A stretch of 64,000 nucleotides of DNA from Iphione sp. A-MEVVRFRX5 (lineage: Eukaryota): NCBI GenBank assembly GCA_976226885.1, contig OZ320323.1, positions 44,392,001 through 44,456,000 of the forward strand, read 5' to 3'. The position numbers were made by a program, and so were the translations under genes. Positions 38,301 through 48,624 of the stretch are shown here, in pieces. Every line of letters begins with the position of its first letter. Position 1 is the stretch's first letter. The notes below the pieces were generated by a model that searched no databases, was not told the origin of the DNA, and saw only the letters and a list, made by a program, of their open reading frames with translations.

Positions 38301-41300
38301 ATTCGTCAGGGTGAGAAGGATGCCTTCATCCGCAATGTGTTCACCTTGGACACGTGTGCCAACATTGTGGGCGCCGAGGTCTTCAGCCATGACAAAGAGG
38401 AGGCACTCCTAAAGGTCATTACATTTAGATAGACCTGCATTCATTCAGTCATGAGGAAAGCAATATGGATCCGTCCGAAAACTCCATCTCCCTGCATGAA
38501 AAATTGTGCCATTCCCTCTCCTTTGGCTCATAAACTTTAACTGATCTGATCTTTTGACCTAACTGTGTACCTGAACTTTTTTGATCTCATTTACCGGACA
38601 AAGAGAATTGTGCCTTATAGAAATGTAGACAGAGGGTTCACCTGGTTTGGAACTGTTTCTATGTACATCTACATGTTTTATAGAGACTTCTGTTCTCTGA
38701 CATCTTGCTGGTGGTAGTTGGAGACCAGGACCGCACTCATCAGTGACCTGTAGTCCTAACAGACCATGTGTTCATGTGGTCATTTGAAGCTCTGTTTTTA
38801 CCCTAGCGCTGGGCCGAGTTTGTCAGACAAGTCGACCCTGATATCATCACCGGCTACAACATCCAGAACTTTGACCTTCCCTACCTACTCGACCGGGCAG
38901 CGCACTTCAAGTTGAAGGAGTTCAACTTCCTGGGCCGTATCAAGGACATGCGCTCTGTCATCCGTGTGGCCACGCTCCAGTCGAAGCAGATGGGTAAACG
39001 GGAGAACAAGATCATCAACATGGAGGGCCGTGTCCAGTTTGATCTCCTACAGGTGAGCCTCTCCCCACCGACTACCCCCACATTATGTAAGGCTTGCTAC
39101 AAACGGCCAGATCTGAATGGTGCTCAATACTGGGGACACCTCCTTCCAGCTGAGCTCTGGCTAAGAGGAAGACTATAAGCAATACAGTAGAGCCCCCATT
39201 GTGATATGTGATATGGTGATTGTATCATATATATCCATAGAGCTTCTCTGTCACATTGTCCAAACTCGTGGTTTTGTCTGTGTGATGATTTGACACCACC
39301 TGTGTTTTGTGAAATTCCTGCCGTTTGTTTACTGTTAAATCCAGTATCTAAAGTTAACTCACATTGTAGGCTGGATTTTTCATGTTCTGCACATGGAGGA
39401 GAAAGTTATCACAAACTCAACCTTAAATGAAACAGTTAACCTTCTAGAGGTTAAGATAAGAGTTGAAGGTGAGTGGTAAAGCTTGTCTGGTATTGATTAA
39501 AGGTGAATGTACAGTCTGGGGATGGCATGGTAACATGTGTCTGTGTTGATTGAAAGTGAATGTACTGTCTGGGGATGGCACGGTAATGCTCGTCTGGTAT
39601 TGATTAAAGGTGAATGTACTGTCTGGGGATGGCATGGTAACACTTGTCTGTGTTGATTGAAGGTGAATGTACTGTCTGGGGATGGCATGGTAACACTCCT
39701 CTGTGTTGATTGAAGGTGAGTGTACTGTCTGGCGATGGCATGGTAACACTCAGCTGTGTTGACTTTTGAAGGTCTTACTGAGGGACTACAAGCTGCGCTC
39801 TTACAGCCTCAATGCTGTCTCATTCCACTTCCTACAAGAGCAAAAGGAGGACGTGCAACACTCGATCATCTCTGATTTGCAGGTCTGTCAATTTTTAGGC
39901 CTTCCATTTATGAAGAGAAGAAAATTACTTCGTTTCTCGTTAGATATATTAAGTTGTTGAATTCTACATGGCAGAACAGTCTCCTAAAGTGGTAGTGCAT
40001 ACAGAATACTTTCAAGTAAATTTTATCAACTCAGAATTGTTTATTTTGGGAGTTACAGTCTCTTGCAGATTCGTTTCATGATGAAAAATAAAACTTTGTT
40101 GATGCAGTGAACGAATATTTTCCGAAAAAAATAACATTGTGCCTGTTTATTTTTTTATCTTATCTATTTACCTGTCCAGGCTCTGTCCAGATTAATAGCA
40201 AACCTTCCCTTCTTTAACAACAGCGAGGCAATGAGCAGACGCGGCGGCGCCTGGCAGTGTACTGCCTGAAGGATGCCTACCTGCCCATCCGACTCCTCAA
40301 CAAACTCATGTCTATCATCAACTACATCGAGATGGCTCGCGTGACGGGCGTGCCCCTCACCTACCTGCTCTCCCGGGGCCAGCAAATCAAGGTCATCTCT
40401 CAGCTGCTGCGTAAGGTACAACCTACAGGGAACTGACGTGTACAAAGTTATATGTGTTGATTTTGGAGGAGGAGCCGGTAGGGGGAGGGGGAGGGGGAGG
40501 AGGTTCACTAAAGTGTAATGTCCATATTTCAAGATATAGTCTTTAACTAATTTCTCCATCTGATGTGTCGCTGAGAAGCAAGTAAGACTTGCCACTGATT
40601 GACAAAATGGCAACACACTTACACCGAGGTGAGGCGGGAGGGGGTATATAGAAATACACCTCACTTGGAGAGGTTAACTTACACCGAGAGGGGAGGGGGG
40701 GCTGTGTTTAGAAGTGGTTGTCACGTGGAGAGGCAAACTTTTCGGATGGATAGAGCGACAACATACTCATCAGTGACAGGAGATAGCGAAGCAAAAAGCA
40801 GAGTTGGCTCCATGTTCCCCTCAATACTCGGGATAGAAAATGCACGCCTGACAGTGCCCAGTTCCAGGCGTACAGAAATCAACCTCTTGTCCCTCTGGAT
40901 CTCTACCATAAATAGAATGAATATTGGATAAATACTCTGAGTCAATCCATTATAAACGTGGGAGTTACATAAAGGAATGAATGTTTTTTTGATCACAGAG
41001 CCTTCTTTCAGTGAGCACATATCTGTATTAATCTGCATCTGCTTACACCACACATCCATCAGTTGTGCTGTTAAGATGCCTCTTCTATCCTGCAGGCTCG
41101 GGAGCAGGATTTGCTGTTACCAACGCACCGCATAGAGGGAGGAGAAGAGTACACAGGCGCCACAGTGATAGAGCCTCTCAGAGGGTAAGACACTACTACA
41201 TGTACGTGTATTCAGGAATGCCGTGTCCAAGCCTCCAACTTCCCACTTTCCGTCCAAACCTGGCAGACCTATCTCTGAAAATCCAACTCGGAGCTCTGAA

Positions 41301-44300
41301 ATAAGACGGAATAATCATCTCAAAGAGATTTTGACAGCACTTCACGTATAAGCAGAAAAAAAAACAAGCGACAGTAACATGTTTCTGTCTGAATGATATT
41401 GCCTTGAGTCTCATGTATCTATTGACCCTCAGGTACTAAGATTCCCAGATTGCCACTCTTGGCATCTCCTCTATCCAGCCATCATGATGGTGCTTATTTG
41501 GTGCTACACCCTGCTCTTTATGCCAGCTGTAATGTTATTGTTTTTTTTTTCATATCATCTGTTGACTTTCAGGTACAACGACTCCCCAATTGCCACTCTT
41601 TACTTCTGTTCTGTCCACCCATTGTGCACATAATTGTGCATAATTGCTGCTACACCATTGTATTACTAGTTTTTTTTTTCGTATCATCTGTTTACCCTCA
41701 GGTACTACGACTCTCCAATCGCCACCCTTGACTTCTCCTCTCTGTATCCATCCATCATGATGGCTCACAATCTGTGCTACACCACACTCCTTAGTCCAGC
41801 TGCCATATCAAAGGAAGGGTGAGTTACACGTGAATGGATTTATTACGAATTATCAATATACTTTCACTTTTGGCTGAGGCAAGTTGGTGAGAAATTTAAT
41901 GTTTTTTTCCATGACTCTTCTTGATAAATTTTAAGTTTGGAGTATAATCTTGACTGCTGCACTCAGACACATATGCACCCTATGTATAAAATCAACGGTG
42001 TCGGATAAGTTTCCCCTTTACACCAATGTTTTCATACAGGCTTACGAGCGATCAATTCATCAAGACGCCTTCCGGGAACTATTTTGTGAAGAAGTCGATG
42101 AGGAAGGGCCTACTGCCAGAGATCCTGGAAAATCTGCTCAGTGCACGTAAAAAGTAAGGAAAAAATTCATGCATTAGTCCCAACCAAATAATTCGTAGAC
42201 CTCAAATGATACACAGTTATCATCTTCAGCTGATAGGTTTCTTGAACCTGTCCATGTATACAATGTGAGGAGTAGATGGAGTGTAACATCCCCATGAGAC
42301 CTATGTACCTCTGATTACAGTGGAGGCATAAAAAAGCATTACTTTTGTCATCTCTTGTGCTTGGTGGCTGTGTTGGGCATGAACTGTTTGGTTGTTGTTG
42401 CAGAGCAAAAGCAGACCTAAAGAAGGAGACGGATCCCTTCCGGAAAGGTGTCCTTGATGGCCGTCAGCTGGCACTTAAGATTAGTGCTAACTCAGTCTAT
42501 GGCTTCACAGGGGCACAGGTTGGCAAGCTACCCTGCCTTGAAATATCACAGGTTAGTAGTTCAACACTGTAATTATCCTTCATTTAGCCAGTGTGAGTTA
42601 CCCTGCCTTGAAATATCACAGGTGAGTAGTTTAACACAGTAATTATCCTTCATTTAGTGAGTGTGAGTTACCCTGCCTTGAAATATCACGGGTTGGTTAT
42701 TCAGCACTGCAGGTTATCCTTCATTAAGCAAGTGTAAGTTACCATGCTGTGAGATATCACAGGTTAGTTGATTGCACTGTAACTGATCCTCCAGTTTATA
42801 ATTTAAGTTACCACATCTTGAGATATAATGGGTCACTTCTTCCTTGTTGTAACTTATCCTTTAGTTAACAAGTTTAACTTACCTCTTTGAGATATTGTAG
42901 GTTAGCTGTTCCACACTGTAAATTTACCCTGAGACATCACAGCTTAGTTGATCCATGCTATAAGTTATCCTTCATTGCGTGAATTTTACTTGATGTACCT
43001 TGAGATATCAAAGATTAGTTGTTCTATGCTTATCGTTTATTGGGTGAATTTAAGTTAATGTACTGTTAGATATCACAGCTTAGTTTTTTTATAGTATAAG
43101 ATGAGTGTTTGTTACTGTACCCTGAGATACCATAAGTTAGTTGTTCCATGCTTTAAGGTATCCCTCATTGACTAAGAGTAAGTTATTGCACCTTGAGATA
43201 TAGGTCAGTTGTTCCATGCTGTAAGTCAGCCTTCATTGAGTAAGTGTACGTTACCTTACCTTGAGATACCATATTTTATCTAAAGGTTGACGGAAATAAA
43301 TCCAAACTACTACACACAGTTCAGGTTAAATAAGGTGAGGTTAATGCAGATAATTTACCCAGCATTTTGGCAACAGTAAGCACTGTTATATTTTGGTTGC
43401 CCTGTGCTGTAAGTTATCCTTCCTTAAGTTAGTGTAAGTTACCTTACCTTCAGAAAATATAGGTTATTTGTTCCTTGCTCTGTCATTCTTTTTTCATTGA
43501 GTGTAAGTTATCCTGCAAATTTGTCACATGTAATATAATTTTTTCTTGTTTTCTATCAGAGTGTGACAGCGTTTGGCCGGATGATGATAGAGCAGACCAA
43601 GCAGGCAGTTGAGTCCCGCTACACCATAGCCAATGGCTACAAACACGATGCCAAGGTATGCCGCTAGACAATTACTATCTGTTTGAAAGCACACTGTGGT
43701 TCTTTGATAATGTATTGTTTTAAATGAAGTCATTGTCAATAGGGACCCACACAGGAGAGAGAGAGAGATGGCTACCATGCTTTAGCACATACATATATGT
43801 CGCTTGTGTCTGCCCAACTCTCAATTGCTTGCTGAGAACTCCTAGAACAGACATCTCGGCCAAAAATAACTTGTGAAAAAGGTTTGATGTTGCCATACAG
43901 TAAAAGATGGTACCCTGAAAACTGACTGCGTGTGCCGCTGCATATTATAGCATACGTCACCCTCTCCTGTTGCCTAACCTTCATCAGTGATACTAAAAAA
44001 AATCCTTCACATTTTTCACTAAGACAGTTCAAATCATTCAATATTCGAGCTTTGACAGTAACTGGTATTACTCTATGCAACAGTGGTTAATACCACAAAT
44101 ATGTATATAGAAATACATGTACATATGTTCTAATGGTTAAATATCATCAGGACAGAGTTCTGACATGGCGGGAGTGAAACTTGTATACTTTCTTGAATAT
44201 ACAGGAGTGAAAGGTCAGGAGACAGATCACTGGAAATAAGTTGTTTCTATTGTATAAGAGGAAGTCATTGTTCACATTTGATTTCAACCACTCAAACCGA

Positions 44301-47300
44301 GGGGCAGGACTCCATCCTGCCCCTCGGTCTTTGTAGTTAAACTGGCCAACCTTTCACTTGACTACATACTTAAATACTTAGACCTCCACAAATGGTAGTA
44401 CAGGCCTTGATGTTAATGGACTGTATAATGATTCTCGGTGGAAGTCTTTATCATATATATTGTTCTAATGGTTAAATATCTGTATATGACACCAGTGTCC
44501 CAGTTTGGTGTGGAGATTGCGGCCTAGTCTTCATTTCGTTACTCATTCATTCATAGGAAATGTGTGGTGATACTCTGTGGTGTGTATGTTTGGTGTGGAG
44601 ACAATGGCTGAATCTTCAATTCCTTACTCTTTAATTCATAATGTAGGAAAGTCAGACTGACACTCAAGAGATGCAGAACAAATATTGGGAATTTATTGGG
44701 CAGATCACAGTTGGTACAGACACAAGCTTTCAACTCCTTTATGGGTCTATGTCAGGTGTAATTGTGCTTGAAAATCCTGACTGGAACAACTTTTATACCC
44801 TTGGTCTCCCAGTGGGTTATGCGCTTGAAGACGAATTAAGTAACAAGGATACATGTGTTTGAAAACAAAGAAAACCTGGATGATATCATGTAATGGGTTA
44901 TACATATAGTGATACTATGTAATGTGTAAGTTTGGTTTGGACATGGTGACAGGGTCTTCATTCCTGTACTCCTTCATTCTTAGGTTATATATGGTGACAC
45001 TGACTCTGTGATGTGTAAGTTTGGTGTGGAGACAGTGGCCGAGGCCATGGAGCTGGGGAAGGAAGCAGCAGAAGTTATCACCGCCACCTTCGTGCAGCCT
45101 ATCAAACTGGAGTTTGAGAAGGTCAGTCCAAGCCACCACCATTTTTATTAAGTGCGTCTAAGATCGCTTGTATTTGTTTTTTTTTCTTTTAATGGAGATA
45201 CATCTTCAATTGTTGACAGCATTACTTTTTCCCCCATCAATTTACGGATACTTTTAAATGTAGCTGAAGAACGTGCATCCTTTCCTTAATAAGAAATGAC
45301 TTTCGGTTTTAAGTAATTTCTATCCGCATTTATACATGTGTATACATGTATATATGGGGGATGTGGGTTACTTGTGTAATATGGTCCTTTGTAATGCCAT
45401 ACTGGAATATTGAGAAATAGGCAGTGTAGACCATGGATGCTGTCTGACTTAAGGTTTACTTTCCCTGCGTTTCCTTAAGAAATAACTTTCAGTTTTCAGT
45501 AATTTCTATCCGCATTTATTTATGTGTATTCATGTACAGTAGAGACTCTCTTAAAGACCATTTCACAGGGGAGACCACCTCTCAGGAGAGACCAAAATCA
45601 ATCAGTCCCAAGCTTGGTCTTCTAAGAGAGGTTCTAGTGTATATATGGGGGATGTGGGCTACACGGATGCTGTCTGACTCCAGGTCTACTTCCCCTACCT
45701 GCTCATCAGTAAGAAGCGCTACGCGGGGCTGTACTTCACCCGGGCCGAGGTGCACGACAAGATGGACTGTAAAGGGATCGAGACCGTGCGGCGTGACAAC
45801 AGCCCCCTGGTGGCCAACCTCATCAACTCCTGCCTCCAGAAGATCCTCATCAACAGGTAGCGTGTCTGTCCAACCCCTCCCCCCCCCCACGACCACAGGC
45901 GGGGCCATGTAGTTAAATAATGAACCCTTAGGTGCATTCATCATGTTAAGTACTTTAAATAGAAGCCAGAGTTTTCAGAGAACATAGTATGTATATCGAA
46001 GCAGCTTGCAACGTCAGTTTTTCTTCTGTAAATTAAGCATTGGTACGTTCCGGGTTATGAGCCTTTTAAAGTTTAGTAGTCCATGTTTTATTTACTGGTG
46101 TGGTGTTCAACCCGAGAGGTCTACGACTCTGATACAGGGACCCGATGGGTGCAGTGGACTACGCCAAACAGACCATCTCCGATCTGCTATGTAACCGAAT
46201 CGACATTTCTCAGCTGGTCATCACTAAAGAGCTGACGAAGACAGATGAGGAGTATGCTGCCAAACAAGCACATGTCGAGCTGGCCAACCGGTAAGAATTC
46301 GTCCACTGTATTCTTGACTGGACCCCCCCCCCCCGAATCCCCCCCTCATTCGACTTGAGTTGCTACTGATAATGGAACTTTGTTGTTAAATAAGTGTGGT
46401 ATACTTATGTATATTTTCTTCAATGAAAGTGACCACGTCCAAATAGAAACAACGTTTATCTAATAATAAAGTGACACCTGACTCTAGAATCAAGAAGCGA
46501 GATGCCGGAAGTGCCCCCCAGCTAGGAGACCGTGTGCCTTATGTCATCATCGCTGCCGCCAAGAACACAGCCGCATACCTCAAGTCCGAGGTAAGTCTGA
46601 TATAATGAGCCGCATACCTCAAGTCCGAGGTAAGACTGATATAATGAGCCGCATACCTCAAGTCCGAGGTAAGACTGATATAATGAGCCGTCTAGCTCAA
46701 GTCCGTGGTAAACTTTGAAGGGTTTAGAGTAACCCTCTCTGTGAGGTTCTCAGGTAAATCTTCTCTCAGTGAGAACCAAGGGTAGTGCTCGTCAAGATGT
46801 AGGTATTGCCTACATGTGATTAGTATGATACCCGTTCACCAAACACACCATGATAACGACCTCCCCCACCTCTTGTACTGTACGAGAAATAACGTTATCT
46901 TTCAAAATAATTGGAAGGGGGAAATTTGGTAATTCGTAACGATAATGGTGAGTTATTTGAAAGTACCAATTACTGGACAGTATGATCAATTACGTCCATA
47001 AACAATAAATGTTGCTTTGCTGCCACTAGTTTTCATATACATGTATATTATTTGTGGGAAGCACTGTGTAAATAAGGGATCACTCTTTGTGTTATATCCT
47101 GCGCTCTTGCCATTCATGAAAGAGACTGTTTTCTTCCCCGTCAGGATCCCATCTACGTACTGGAGAATAACATCCCCATCGACACGCAGTACTACCTCAA
47201 CAACCAGCTCTCCAAACCCCTGCTGCGCATCTTCGAGCCCATCCTCGGCGAGAAGCGAGCAGAGTCAGAACTGCTGAGTAAGTCTGCCGCCAGCTGGTTC

Positions 47301-48231
47301 CTCCTTGTATATGATTGATATTTAGGATACTTGAACTGGGGTCTCGGTATATTTGATTGATATAAATGACACTCCAACTGGTGCCCCCCTGTGTATGTTA
47401 TTGATATAAATGATGCTCCAGCTAGTACCCTCTTGTATATGATTGATATAAAGGATAAGTGAACTGGGGTCTCGATATATTTGATTGATATAAATGACGC
47501 TCCAACTGGTACCCCCTTGTATATGATTGACATATAGTGCTTCAACTGGTATCTCTTATTTAATGAATGGCTCTCTTTGCAGGGGGCGACCACACACGCA
47601 CCAAGACAGTTGTCGTCTCGAAGATTGGCGGCTTGGCGGCCTTCACGAAGAAGAGGGAGACGTGCATTGGATGCCGCACACCCCTGACGCAAGATGGCGT
47701 CGCTGTCTGCCGCCACTGCAAGACACGTGAGTCGGAGCTCTACCAGAAGGAGGTGGCACAGCTCCACCTACTGGAGGAGCGCTTCTCCCGGCTGTGGACG
47801 CAGTGCCAGCGCTGCCAGGGGTCGCTGCATGAGGACGTGCTCTGTACCAGGTCAGTGACATCATGTTAACCCTGTCTGTACCCCAGTCAGCGACATCATC
47901 ATTAACCCTGTCTTTACTGGTCAGTGACAACTTGACCATTAACCCTGTCTGTACCGAGTCAGTGACATCTTCACTATAACCCTGTCAATACGAGGTCACT
48001 GACATCATCCGACTCAAGATTTTTGACATCTCCAAAATGTATTAGAAATCCCATAGGGAAATTTCACTAACAGAATGGGAGAGTGTGATGAGTGGTAAGG
48101 CACTGACGTAACAGGAGGTGGTTTTTGTTTCTTATAGTCGTGACTGCCCCATATTCTACATGCGGAAGAAGGTGCAGAAGGATCTGCAGGATCAAGACAA
48201 ACTGATTCACCGCTTCGGACCCGAGTGGTAA
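35399..48231 (+). CDS. POLD1: DNA polymerase delta catalytic subunit, complete, 22 coding exons, 1095 aa
   Basis: Exons 35399-35454, 35816-35910, 36145-36261, 36863-37035, 37298-37560, 37702-37943, 38248-38414, 38807-39052, 39772-39882, 40224-40415, 41096-41184, 41702-41818, 42040-42153, 42404-42551, 43560-43655, 44984-45121, 45684-45856, 46138-46290, 46488-46590, 47145-47277, 47583-47850, 48138-48231 (3288 nt). Motifs: ExoI SFDIEC, Exo[10 protein letters not shown], ExoIII YCLKD, motif A DFSSLYPS, motif [10 protein letters not shown], motif C YGDTDS, CysA and CysB. Confidence 0.98.
36240..36720 (+). repeat. Tandem copies of the POLD1 exon 3 end plus donor (TTGACTGTGATACATACACAG|GT)
   Basis: About 60-bp units that degenerate away from the exon. 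Confidence 0.85.
39463..39771 (+). repeat. About 60-bp tandem array ending at the POLD1 exon 9 acceptor
   Basis: Units end GTTGATTGAAG|GT; the real acceptor is GTTGACTTTTGAAG|GT. Confidence 0.8.
41433..41701 (+). pseudogene. Two degenerate pseudo-exon copies of POLD1 exon 12 (motif A), starting at 41433 and 41573
   Basis: Each follows a CAG acceptor. Copy 1 reads (g)TAC TAA, an immediate stop. Copy 2 reads [19 protein letters not shown]. Confidence 0.85.
42530..43510 (+). repeat. About 70-bp tandem array from the POLD1 exon 14 end plus donor (TACCCTGCCTTGAAATATCACAG|GT)
   Basis: Progressively degenerate units fill most of the intron. Confidence 0.85.
45537..45639. mobile_element. Tc1/mariner-type MITE with demonstrable TA duplication
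   Basis: Arms CAGTAGAGACTCTCTTAAAGACCA / TGGTCTTCTAAGAGAGGTTCTAGTG. The empty site is preserved in a local duplicate at 45313-45368. Confidence 0.8.
46570..46712 (+). repeat. 39-bp tandem repeat of the POLD1 exon 19 end plus donor, 4 units
   Basis: GT donors at 46591, 46630, 46669 and 46708. Confidence 0.92.
47285..47560. repeat. Intronic minisatellite (TGTATATGATTGATATAAATGAC...)
   Basis: Direct reading. Confidence 0.75.
47841..48010 (+). repeat. Tandem copies of the POLD1 exon 21 end plus donor (TGTACCAG|GTCAGTGACATC)
   Basis: About 38-bp units. Confidence 0.8.
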
Positions 48232-48624
48232 CAGTGAACCCCGAGCCATCTTCAAGGTGACTTAATCAATATTCTACATGCGGAAGAAGGTACAGAAGGA
48301 TCTCGAGGATCGATTCACCGCTTCTTCAAGGTGACTTAATGAACTCGCCAGTCAACTGTGCATGAACCATAATGCCTGATAAAAAGATTACATGTATATT
48401 TATTTTTTTTACCAAGTATATACAATAATAGGAGTCATTCGTAATTACAAAACTGTTGATTTTGAACAGAAGTACAAAAGTTATATACACGCAACTTGCA
48501 GGGTAAGGAATGTACACGATTAAAAAGGTCAGGCTAAAAATTCTTTGAGGCGACTGGCAAGTATTTCACTGAAATGTCGCTTGTGGTGTTCATCACGACA
48601 CCTGTAAGGAGACAGTTTCCGGGC

